A stretch of DNA of 59,601 bases, the filler included, from Nemertoderma westbladi (lineage: Eukaryota; Animalia; Xenacoelomorpha), in assembly GCA_032718475.1 (NCBI GenBank). It is 2 parts of 2 records of this genome, joined end to end, with 100 filler letters (N's around TTAATTAATTAA, not from the genome) between each part and the next. Parts side by side here need not be neighbours in the genome. Positions count along the whole stretch, not along the records: positions 30,675 to 59,601 come from JAUCBJ010008024.1; 1 more part is not named here. The stretch is one strand, 5' to 3'. This document shows positions 48,366-59,601 of the stretch, piece by piece (position 1 is the stretch's first letter; every line of letters starts with the position of its first letter). Under the pieces are notes generated by a model. That model was given only the letters and a program-made list of their open reading frames with translations, was not told the DNA's origin and searched no databases. Position numbers and translations under genes: made by a program.

Positions 48366-49982
48366 TCACATTTGGAGTGGGTGTATGACTATATTATTTT
48401 ATCTATTTTATTACATTTTATATGCGAACTTTATTATGTACTTTATTATAATCGTTTTATTTAATTTTATTTAGTAAAATGTTATTTTAGAATGTTTAGT
48501 AGATTAGTGCAATATATTAGTGTTTATTACGTACATAATTACTTATAATATATATTTAGTGCGACGGCAAGAAGTAATTATTTTCTCTTTCCTTACTGTC
48601 CGTATTATATTATAAATGCGAGACTATAGTAAGATGACATGTCAGTACTTCTTAAAGTACAATAAAGCCACTACTATATTTAAGTATTATTGGTAGGCAG
48701 AGTATTAGGAATGCAAAGTTCAGATCCTCGTGTCTCGGCTAAACCAAGCTCTGGGTAGACCTTGGAAACGACTTGCCTCTTCACACTGACATTGCTTCGT
48801 GCGATATTGCTCTTCTACCTTATAACAAATAATACATATAGTAGCGTGATGTCCCTCTAACAGTAGCGTCAATCGCAAATAAATCTGTTAAACTTTTTGA
48901 CCATCTGTAATTCTAGTCGATTAAGATATCGTGGCACCCACCGATATACTTGAAAGACAAATTCTAGAATCAGTGGTTAACGTCCCCAGACAAGTTCTGG
49001 AATAAATTGGTGCCCATCCTAGATATTAATTTAATATTTATTAAAATCTTTAAAATTCAGATCCGTTAACAATTCTAGTCGATTAAGATATCGTAGCACT
49101 TACCGATACTCTTAAAAGACAAATTTCATAGAATTGAGGATCTTATGTCCCCAGATATGCTCTGGAATAAAATTTGTGTCAATTTAACATCAAATAATAA
49201 AATTCACGGGAATAAATTTAAATTCATATTCAAATGAATTTCATAAATTGTCATTTTGTGCAATTTATAACATTCCCAAAATTCCAGTAATTAATAGATC
49301 ATGGGAGCGGAGATTCATATTGAGTGTATTAGAGTGTGAGAATCTCCAACATATAGTCAATAGCCGATAAAATTTATAAAATCATGCATAAAGAGGATAT
49401 TGACAATTAAAGAATTACTATTAAATAACATCCCAGATCTGTATGCATGAGAATTACCCTAATTCTACCGCTAGTTTTCCATAATGTCACCATGGCAACA
49501 CCCACGCTAGAATTAGAAGCAAGTTAAAGTAACAATAAAAGGCTTGCCCATTGCGTAGCATAAGAGTATACATAGCGCTATTAGTATCCAAGGATACATA
49601 GTAAATACGTGACATTCTGGAAGACACTGACTAACGGACAAATGGCATGCATGTGTGCAGTAAGTAATGATTGTATGGAATTTGTGCGTTTATAGGTGAA
49701 TGTTACTACTAAAGTGTGTTTACAGTAGCTAATCGCAATTGTAAAATAGCCCTAACTCTACCGAGATAACCTCAAGTGGATTCAAGCCTTTGGGACGGAC
49801 AGTGGTGGGACTTGTGCCGGTTATCGTTGTCGTGCTGTGCTACATGTTGGCGTAAACACTGCGACAGCGGTACATCGGCGCTGAGAAACCCACTGTCCGG
49901 GGGCAAAAGGCCTAGTAGGAAGCGACGCCCGCTTACCTAAAATATTAACTTATATTGATATTAACAAACTCAGATAGCAGAT

Positions 49983-51272
49983 ATGACGGAATTGATAGAA
50001 GATGACCTTGGTATTAGAGAGCGATATACTCTACCTTTACAAGCGTTTGTGGATAGCTTGATACGCGGTGAAGCTGATCCGACTATTACGGAGGACGATG
50101 GTCGCTATATCGAACCGCCGATGTCCCAGGAACAACTTACGCGCGAAGCGGACTATAGAAAATTCACCGCTCGCTATACGAATCGTAATGGTACGTATAT
50201 GGACTTCTTAACTACCGGCCATCCTACCGATTTACATGATACGGACGATGTAGACACCGAAAGGGAAATGGTTCTATTTAAATATCATACCCAGCGGCGT
50301 CGTAACGATAAACCGAGAATAGATCACGAAAATTCTATTCGTAACAGACTGGGAAGACGAACCAATATGTCTGGAATCTGAAGAGATTCAGCCTATCGCG
50401 CTCGGAACAACGACAACGATTACATCCTAGAATGGTATCAAGGTCCACAGTGTCTCACTGCGTACGATTATCGCCATGCCAACTATGTTTCTCGGCAACG
50501 TTGTCGGTTATGCGCATCGAGAGACCATGTTACGCCCATGGACACAAACGTCCGCTGTTCCTATTTCCACGAACAACCGGCGATGGAAATTTATTGCGCG
50601 TATTGCAGATTTAATAATTTGCATATTTTTGCGGTTTGCCCTCAATTTATGACTCAATGTCACCACTGTCAACTAAAGGGACACGCCAGTTTCGATTGCC
50701 CTTTTTAATCGCGATTTGGAAAGCGTAGATGAAATGATCACACTACGTTACATTAGAGCTTGGGAAGCGAACGCTGATTTACATCGTGATTCGCGCCATC
50801 GCTATTATCCTGGACGCGCTTACGAAGGAATTTATGCGTTCCATCCTTATCTATTCGCTTCTGTCGAACAGAAATCACGCATATCGAGTTACAGGAAGTA
50901 TATCGACGGCCTTACGAGTACCAAGCCCGCGAACGCGAGTGGGAAAGAACCATTAAACCAAGGAAGTTTCTAACTGCCTATGGTCCACCCACGGCCCTCG
51001 TTCAGACCACTCGTAAAGGACCCGTAAGAGCGGCTGTCTTGAAACGAGCTCTCAAAGCCGTTAGACCCCTCTCCCCGGACGTTGATGTCAATCAACCCAG
51101 TACTTCGACCGGCGGATATACCGATCGCAATCTCATACCTTCTGATGCAATCATATTGCACCCTTCACCCAGGAGTTATAGCCCTCCTCGTAAAGTGGCT
51201 CGCCCCAAAGAGAAAAGGACTCTTGCTAGCTTTAAAAAGCTGCGTAAACGCCGTCCGCGCAAGAAAGACTAA
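49983..51272 (+). pseudogene. Accessory ORF2 (~430 codons; one in-frame stop, two inferred frameshifts) with zinc knuckles and a basic C-terminus
   Basis: Reading through TGA 50379 gives CRLCASRDH..., CAYCRFNNLHIFAVC and CHHCQLKGHASFDC; ends KKLRKRRPRKKD. Ends are conserved with 50-1360. Confidence 0.7.
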
Positions 51273-51350
51273 CTGTTTAGAGTATTTTTATATTTTAGAA
51301 ACTGTGATTTTGTATATTTTATAGACTTAAATCCCATTTTCTGGGAGCAG

Positions 51351-52579
51351 TGTAAAAGCTTTTGTGGGATAACTGATACGTTTGCCTTTGCTGGCCAGTT
51401 CTCCCCCAGGCGCTGGAATACTCTAAAAAGGTTTTCTAACTGTATATATATTCCCCTCGCCCGCAAGGTACCTTTACAGGTGTTTTAACGGACATAAAAA
51501 TCATTCTGCTATATACGTGTTTTAGTGGACATGGTAAGACAAAAAACTTGTAATGCACCAACCACCTTTCACAGCTTAGCCGTGATGATTCATATTACGA
51601 CATCTAGCAGCTGGTTGCTGACATGGAAACAGCCATTGGACGCGTGGTTCTTTGTTTGGCTTGGGCCAATCAGGGCGGTTTTTCCTGTCGACGTGTAGCT
51701 TTTCTGCTGATGATAAGGAGAGTGTTCAGTCTTACTGTTTTTTCTTGATACTTTGTTGTTATTGCTGTCTAAGCCAGAAACACCGGCATTTTGGATAGAT
51801 ACTGCTGTACCGTAAACTGCTTGAATTATCGAAAGTATAAACTGTTACCTAATCTCACGAATCGAATATCACCTAACTCATTAATCATACTGTTTGTACT
51901 GTTATTTTACCGTCAGTTATTAATTGTAAATATTTGTTGATGGAAATATTGCTATTTGGATAATACGGATAAATCACCCAATTCCCAATTTTCTTGATAA
52001 CACTACAGGTTAGAGAGACCGGTTATACATAACAATTGCGATTTATATTAATGTGGTGTGTATTGAATCCAATGTTATTTAGCAGACCCTACGTGAGTCA
52101 ATTACTGCTCTCTTTATGTGTGATCAAATGTACTGACTGTCGGCAGAATAGTGTGTATGATTGTGATTGGTAACAAAGTATTTCCTAAAGAATACGTTTT
52201 ATACTTTAATCATAAGCAGTATCGTTGCGTTTAGTATAAGTCTTAGTTCTGTTTAAATAGATAAAGCGCCACGTCCTAAAGGAACTGTTAATATTTCCCG
52301 AAAGCCAATAATATCTGTCAGAGATTAATTATTAACGATCTATCGAATAATACATTAGGTATACACTGCAACCTTACACTGTAATAATACAATTCAAGCA
52401 TCCGAATTCAGTCTCCCGGGTGTAGATCCATCGGGTGAATGATCGCGCATGGGCTGACTTCGGCTAATGTTTTGCGTATTAGCATAAATTATTGTCGTAT
52501 GCTAAAGTGGTTTTAATTAACTAAAAGACATATAAATTTTGGCAGGTTAAACTGCTAAAAGTCTTCGAAAGCGCGAACA
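51351..52579 (+). repeat. 3' LTR
   Basis: Near-identical to 40275-41504; preceded by short purine-rich GGGAGCAG (PPT candidate). Confidence 0.95.
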
Positions 52580-53412
52580 GTATCATCAGCATACTGTATA
52601 ATTGAAACATTTGTCAGTTGTTCTGGAATGTTATTGGTATATAGCATGAATAATAGAGGCCCTAAAATGGTACCTTGGGGAACGCTCCTTGTTTCAGTTA
52701 GCCAATCAGAAAAAGTATTTTCTACTTTAACACGTTGCTTCCTTTTCAATAGGTAATTTTGTATGAGGTTCAGTGCAGTCGAGTGGAAGCCTAAATGTTT
52801 GAGTCTGTGATTCAAAATGTCATGATTTATAGAGTTGAAAGCTTTGCTTAGGTCTAAAAATGCGGCTGCGACAAATTTGTTGTCATTCAAATGTTGACGC
52901 CAATTCTCAGTTAAGTAAGTAACAGCATCAACAGTAGAAAATCCTTTTCGGAAACCAAATTGTTTTCGGTTTAAAAGCTTATTATCTTTGACATATTCAA
53001 GTATTTGAGAACACATAATTTTTTCAACAACTTTGGCAAAAGGAGACGTTATTGCAACTGGTCTGTAGTTCGCAGCATCAAATAGATCACCTTTTTTATA
53101 AATTGGAGAAATATTCGACAATTTTAGATGGTCTGGGAATAAAGATTTCGTCAAACATTGATTTATTAGAAAATGCAACGGCCCCGAAATGTGAGATCGA
53201 ATTTCCCTTATTATTTTTGTAGGTATTTTACAAGGTCCAGAGGACTTATTTTCATTTAATTGATCAATTCTATAGTCTACTTCTAATAGACTCACGCATT
53301 TAAATGAAAAATGAGCTCGGTTTTGTACGGAGTCGACTGGTAGGGTATAAATGCCCATATTGGTCGACGAGCAATTAAAAAAGTTCCCTAAATTTAGAAA
53401 AGTTTCATTCAA
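52580..53412 (-). mobile_element. CR1/L2-type LINE RT, part upstream of the LTR insertion
   Basis: PIYKKGD..NYRPVAI, QFGFRKGFST, FLDLSKAFNSINH, VPQGTILGPLLF, QYADDT. Confidence 0.92.
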
Positions 53413-54023
53413 AGTATAGGGTCCGAGCCACGTAGTTGGTGGAGCCTTTGCGAACTGACGCTATCTCTTAGGGAGGTAAGTAAATTATGGCAAATAGTTC
53501 ATTCAATAATGGTACTGTATGTCATCATCGTCGCTACGATTTTGACTTACTTATAACTTCGTCGGATTTAAAGCTTTCCAGTCTAAAATTAGTAGGCATC
53601 AATAAGACCATAAGTTTTGCTTTTTAGTGACTTCCAGACACCATCAAATCCTCAGTCTCTCGCTAGAGGGCTACATGTCTAGATATTAAATATCCTCACA
53701 TTTTCTTTGCTTTAAACCCGTTCTAGCTGAAACTTGGCATATTTGTACTAGACCATTAACTGTGTCATTCAAATTAGGCTCATCTGTCTGCAGTTCTCTA
53801 GTCTGCCGCTAGAGGGCAAAATATCTCAAAGTGCAATCACTGAACTAGAACGTGAATGTGCTAGATTATAGAACACACTAGAATGTGAACACGTCCAGTG
53901 TGTTTGCCGGGCTAGGAATCAGTCCGACCAGTTCCACCTCACCACTATTCCAGCAATGTGTAATTCTATAGGACATGCAATAGTGTTAGGCCCTAGAGTA
54001 ATAAGACGGCTTGCTTATTGTTT

Positions 54024-54440
54024 ATCTCGCAAAATGATTGGCTGAGTATTTAATGGAGATTCTTTAGAATAAATATAGCTAAATAATTTTGTTGTGACAT
54101 CGACATGGTAAATTAATATTTCAGTATCAATACTAAAACGTCATAATGTAAGTTATAATATTTCTTATAAATTGGGTCGCCTCCACGCCTAAAATATATT
54201 ACTTTTAAAACACAAATTTTCTGTTAATACCTGCCTGTGAACAATCCTCTGTGTACCTTTGGGTTGGGGTGCAGATTAAGGGAGGGGGGGGGGGGGGGTG
54301 AAAGCGAGCAACTTTCCCCTCTTATGATTTATTTGTGGTGTGGTTAATTTCTTAAATAGAGATTATGTGTTAGAATAGCTCAATTTTGATTTGTATCTCA
54401 TAACTGAGCCTCGTGCTGCGCGAAGGCCCCACGAGCGTGT
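54024..54440 (+). repeat. Second copy of the dispersed repeat at 6347-6672
   Basis: Shared blocks and the same terminal hairpin. Confidence 0.65.
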
Positions 54441-54689
54441 ACTGCTGTGAATACACTATCAGTTGTAAGCCCTACCACGACCCTGCAGGAAGGTAGAGTG
54501 TGGTTTTTTAATTGAACTTAGCCAGAAAGCCATAGAAATCAGATAAATTAAATATTGGCTTTTTAATTGAGCTCTGCTGAAAGCAAATTAAACCAGTATT
54601 TTAGTACAAATTTTAAAATATTTGGTCAACATCAAATGGTTTCAGAAGATGTAAGGCACCTTCAGGTATTGCTGTCCTTTTGATGTTGT

Positions 54690-55129
54690 TGGTAACTTTA
54701 CGTAGAGATGATATGTGAGGCTCTGATGAACAAAGCAATCGGTTCATCAAATCACTGTTGTATCAACCCGTGAAGTTTTCCGCGAAAAGCCCTCTCTGAA
54801 CCTCCTAAATCTTTGTTTCGGGCCTCTTGTGCCTCTTCAATAAACATCCCAATTGGCAATGACAAAGATTCAATTGCAAGGTGTCCATGGATTAGAACCT
54901 TATGCATTGATTGTGGTATGCAGTAGCATGAAAAAAGTGCGACGTAATGTTTCGCTGTTTCAATTGAATATTCTTGAAATTTTTCGGCAACAACATCAAA
55001 GCCACAACAGAGAACAATTAGGATGTTGTGTAGCCGATCTATGAACGATTTGTCAACGCCGATATTCTGGCAGAGACCTCGGCGTTTCGAAATAATCTTC
55101 TTGCCGTATTTCCGTATAATAAATAACAA
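54690..55129 (-). pseudogene. Transib (RAG1-core-related) transposase C-terminal fragment
   Basis: PQSMHKVLIHG...LPIGMFIEEAQEARNKD, then after frameshifts RKTSR...DLMNRLLCSSEPHISS, matching the Transib C-terminal motif order. Confidence 0.8.
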
Positions 55130-55224
55130 TTTTATTTAACATTTTATTGTTTTATTATTCAACATAATATTGCTGTTTCCATGGATATTCTTCGTTCTAA
55201 ACACGTTTGGTATGTAATTTTATA

Positions 55225-55390
55225 CACCATGTCCCAGAATACATTGTCGTAATTCAGTGACACCCAACCCCCTAACTTTTCTACAAATCTTAATGAGCTT
55301 GCATGAAATTTGAAACAGAGAGAGTTTCACCTCCCAACCACTTACTGGGTGAGCCAGAATTGTTATTTTTGCTTTCAATCTATAGCTTTT
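55225..55390 (+). mobile_element. Solo TIR related to the MITE at 12508-13302
   Basis: TA|CACCATGTCCCAGAATA..TGTCGTAATTCAGTGACAC...TTGCATGAAATTTGAAACAGAG. Confidence 0.8.
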
Positions 55391-57390
55391 TTCGAATTGA
55401 GTGTATTCGGTACTTTTGTGTTTTGGGTACATCTCCCACCAAATGTTTAATACTAGCTAATTTTTGCTACTTTTTGGAAAATGTTCTACAACGTATTATT
55501 TATCAATTAAGAAAAATATAAGTGTTCTAGAACACAAATTTTTGTTATTAAATACCGGTAATTTCCATTAATTACTTTTATTTATGGAAACAGTTCCGTA
55601 TAGAACTATTTTTTTATATACCTGATTTTTTAGTCATTTATTTTTCTAAATAAACTTTATAACTTTTATAACATAAATCATTGTTACAATAGTTACCATG
55701 GTCAATATAGTTACAGTAAAGAGTTCTAGAACAAAAAATATATAATATACACTATTCTAGAACAAAATGTTCTAGAACAACCAAGTAGAATTAATTGAAA
55801 AAAAAAAAAATAAATTCTAGAACAAACATAAAATAAAAAACTTAAAAACTTTTAATAATGGTGTATGTTACAGATACTTGCGATATTAAAAAGATACTTG
55901 CGATATTAAAATCTAAAAAAAAATTTTTTTTCTTTACTAGCTATTTTAAATTTAAAATAACTATACTAGTTATATGTTCTAAAACATAATATTTTTTATT
56001 TTATTTATGTTCTAAACAAGGTGTACACCTTGGTTCTAAAATACTATATATTACTTGTCTATTCTCTACAACTTTTCAACGTTGCCATAGTAACAATGAT
56101 ATATTTTTTAAAAATGTAGTTCTATACGGAACTCTAGCCTTTATTTATTTGGATCCGGATAATTTGTAAAAAACCACCGGGGGGAGGGGGGGTCATATTG
56201 ACCACCCCCCCCCCCCCGGTGGTTTTTTTTATAACTCCGAAACAAACGCCGTTAGGAATCTGAAATTTTATGACTCTTCCTAAAAACCTATTGTCTTCCT
56301 AATAGTAAGAACGGATTTCAAAAATATTGGGAAGTTTTCAAGTTATAGCACTATTTTTAACCCTATTTTAACTTTTTTATTTTAACCTTTTAACTTTTTT
56401 GAGACGTTTTTTGAAAATTACTTTTCATGAAATATGTTTTCTAACATCTATATTTTTGATATACACCGGTTTTTTTAGTGTTTGAAATTAGATGGAATTA
56501 ATATAAATTAATCTAGATATATCAAACTTATATTTTTAGGTGGGTGCCAAATTTTGGTGCCAGCACCAAATTTTTAAATATGTCAATTTTGTATTTTCAT
56601 TGTTTGAACCTGTTTGTTGCGTAGTAGGGTTTTTTTTGGAGTTGAGCATGGAATACTAAATATACTAGTATATGATATAATATATATATATATATATATA
56701 ATATATATAATATACTGTATATTTAGTATTCCTTGGGTTGACCTTTTTGTCTTGGCTTGGGTGACCATTTTGGACCAATTTTGATTAATCAATAAGTTAT
56801 TCCCACGGCATTTTTTTGAAATTTCTTGAATATAGTTTGCTGACATTCGATTTAGTGGTAGCTAGTAAAATTTTTTTGGTAGCTAGTGTTTTTTTAAGGT
56901 AGCTACTGTAGTGTTTTTAAAATAATGCCAAAAAAAACATCTTTTTCTGCCTCTATTTAAAATTATAGACACCATTTTTCAATAAATTCTAGAATATATT
57001 TTTTCTCATGTCATAGTTAGAATAGTACACATATTTGAAATTAGTTTTGCTCGCTTGTTAAAATGCTAGTGGAGATGGGCGTCATGTTCTAGAACGTCCG
57101 GAGCAGAGAGATCCTAATAATTAGGAGGGGGGGGGGGGGGAATTGACCCCCCCCCCCCCCCTTCCACCCCGGTATTTGTACCGTTTTATAAGTTGTACTG
57201 TTGGTTGTTTTATAATCCTTTTGAATTGAATGTAAAACGTATACGAAAAACATATATGCACGTACTGCTCGAAGCCCCAATTTGCATAGTGGAATATTTT
57301 ACATTTTTGTACAGAACCTCAATCCATCACAATATGCTTACTAACAAGCATACATACTAACCTAAAGCTATTATTTCTAACCCATTTCAG

Positions 57391-57519
57391 CTTGCATTGA
57401 AGCTGCAGACCAATCCCAATACTGTGTTGGTTGGTCTATGATCGGAGAATGTGATAACAACCCAGGATACATGTATGTTGATTGTCAGAAGTCTTGCGAC
57501 AAATGCAATGATGGTATAA
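57391..57519 (+). CDS. Host gene exon: ShKT (ShK toxin-like) domain
   Basis: CTAACCCATTTCAG| CIEAADQSQYCVGWSMIGECDNNPGYMYVDCQKSCDKCND |GTAAGT. Phase 1-1 (alternative donor after 57513). C..W...GEC..NP.YM...C.KSC..C signature. Confidence 0.85.
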
Positions 57520-57849
57520 GTAAGTGATAATTACAAGTTATAACAGAGCTTGCCAACGCATTGTTACTATCAATAAGTGACAATGCACCAACCAATAAAT
57601 TGTCTTTCACGAATGCCGTGTTTTATACACGCTTTACATGTAGATCTTTTATATAACGGTACAGTACAGGTACAATGCAGGGAGTAACGGAAATTGAAGC
57701 TTTGATGTAGCCAAACTGCAAAGTAATTGATTATATATTATTATTAAGATTGGTATTACTTAGATACTTGTGTATGTGGCACCGAGGTAGAAGTAACCAG
57801 CCACCATGCGTTAGTCTTCAGATTCAAAAACAGCTGCCATTCCCGACAC

Positions 57850-58230
57850 AGACTAGGGAACGATGCCATCCATAGTGCAATATCCTCCACTAAAATACCG
57901 TCCACTCTCGAATCAAAAATCCTCAGCTGGAAAGATGGTAAAAGACCAGATGGCATTTCTCTGCTAAACTGATCATCGGGGAAAACCGCTCGCATGGGAC
58001 TTTACCTGTGTCCACCGCAGACAGCCTCATACAGTGGTGTCACTCAGACCAAGGGATCCCCAGTTTACGAACTGGCCGAGACAAAGAAGTTGGTGAAGTA
58101 CTCTTCAATAGCACCATCCGTCATCCTCCAACCTATTGCTGTCAAGACCCTTGGAGGACTCGGGGACTGACGCTGAAATTCCTATGGGACCTTAGCGGGC
58201 GTATCTCCACAGTCAATGGCAACCTCATGA
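57850..58230 (+). mobile_element. Restriction-like endonuclease fragment of a CRE/NeSL-type non-LTR element
   Basis: Degenerate translation IPSTLES...DGKRPDGISL...GK.LAWD. Confidence 0.6.
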
Positions 58231-58399
58231 CACTCAATCTCCCCCCCCCCCCTAATACACATATGCTATACATTACTTACATTTTCTTTACCGCCCCTTT
58301 CATGAAAGTGACACAATGTATGTTTGGGTGGTTTCGACCAGGGGATCTCGCAGGAACAGGCCTCGTGATCATGGGGACATCGGAGAACAGACTCCGTTC

Positions 58400-59450
58400 G
58401 CTGGCTGATACCTCAGCTTTGAATATGACTGGAAGGAAGAACTGGGTGATGTTGTCCTCCAGCACCTGAAACTCGCTGTCACAGTTTGGTGTTACCCAGT
58501 GCAGGTACGACCACTCACACTACACGGAATAAACCATGGCTGAAAACCATCTCGGTGAGTTTATCTAGAGCGGCTACCCATCCGGTGACCTTGGCCCTTA
58601 AAAATGAGGTCTGATCAGTCTCTCTCCCTAGGTAACCCCCCTGAAACGGTAGCCTGTTACTATATTAATATTGTGCCTGGAGAACACCCTCTTCGCCTCC
58701 TCAACAAATCCCGGGGCCTCAACCATGAAGTACTTGGTGGCTTCAGGGAAGTAACCCACATCAGGGACGAGAACCTGGAGTTTCTCAAACCATGCAAGAA
58801 CGCCTGGGATTCTACTGGCTGCATCTGAATCATCAGCAAACCAGTTCTGTACCACTTTTGGGTCCCAGAGCTTGTGGATGAGGTGGAGGAGACCACCACG
58901 TAGAATAGCATAGCAAGTGGGTCCCCATGAATGGCGCCTACCTCACTAAAGATAATCATCTCGGTTCCTCGGACATTGAGAATACTGTGTCCTCCTCGGT
59001 AGCAATTAATTAAAAATAATGAGCAATGGGGCCACAATTGCTGCAAGGCAACTACCCCACAAGGCTGCTACCCTATTTAGACGATAGAAAGCATTAGATA
59101 CGTCCACCAGGAAAACCCCCCCAACCAGCATCAGCCTGCTCCTCGAAGATACCCGCGATCAAGTGAACTGTGGCTTTGACACAAGTTGATGTGCCGGTGG
59201 ACAGCTGTTCAGCTCGACATGTGAATGTTATACTGTCACCAGTAGTTTGGGCCATGGAACGGGCTATGATGTGGAGCATACATTCCCTGATTCCGATTGG
59301 CCGCACCCCTCGGCATTTATCAAATATTATATATATTGGATAGTATAAGGCATCTAGACATAGGGCACGGCCGGACTCCCATGGGGCATTAGTGTTCACC
59401 ATACACCAGACCATTCTGGCGATTGTGTCGTGTATCTGAGTCTTCCCATA
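58400..59450 (-). mobile_element. CRE-like non-LTR retrotransposon RT fragment
   Basis: GVRPIGIREC, G..HGDPLAMLFY, WFADD, GYFPEATK; multiple frameshifts. Confidence 0.72.
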
Positions 59451-59601
59451 ACTGAGTCATGTAACTTAGTCCCCCATCCAGATCTCCACAGATCGACTCT
59501 CTGAGAGCGTAGGTGACGGATATCGAACCCTTTGTGACCTTAGGGTGACGGGAGGGAGTCCGCTAGCATAAGCCTCTCAGATCTGGCTCCTGGGGATTTG
59601 T

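Larger units (their letters stand above)
40275..52579 (+). mobile_element. Non-autonomous BEL/Pao LTR retrotransposon (12,305 bp), recent insertion
   Basis: Two ~1230-bp near-identical TG...CA LTRs, exact 5-bp TSD GTATC (40270-40274, 52580-52584), BEL-type gag-protease ORF. Confidence 0.95.

Noticed and set aside
49983-51272. env gene
   Set aside because: No signal peptide or transmembrane segment; it has zinc knuckles and a basic tail instead.
55500-57200. AT-rich region with recurring TTCTAGAACA and poly-G/poly-C hairpins
   Set aside because: Likely DNA-transposon remnants, but termini and TSD could not be defined.

Overview
Eukaryotic (invertebrate-animal-like), AT-rich, transposon-dominated DNA. 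It consists of two contigs joined by an artificial N-TTAATTAATTAA-N linker at 30575-30674. Left contig: the 3' end of a BEL/Pao-type LTR element; three tandem Helitron/Helentron-like (HINE) elements separated by unrelated 147/148-bp spacers; decayed LINEs, one with a 39-bp minisatellite grown out of its RT GVPQGS motif; a TA-flanked MITE; a ~7-kb 65-bp satellite interrupted by a hAT element carrying a TTAA-type MITE; and a PHD-ORF1 CR1/L2-type LINE. Right contig: an RTE LINE, a Penelope-like palindrome with a hammerhead-like core, and a host gene for a secreted protein (signal peptide, EGF-like exon, ShKT exon). Its ~19.6-kb intron holds a young 12.3-kb non-autonomous BEL/Pao element (5-bp TSD GTATC, inserted in a LINE YADDT motif) and a Transib fragment. 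Three observations stand out. (1) The BEL element lacks a TGG-type tRNA PBS; the 13 nt after its 5' LTR are exactly complementary to a segment of its own LTR, next to a structurally conserved U5, suggesting self-priming. (2) The element carries a second, zinc-knuckle/basic-tail accessory ORF whose middle differs between two family members. (3) The HINE array has a repeat-spacer layout with near-fixed-length unique spacers. All calls were made by eye; no searches were run.
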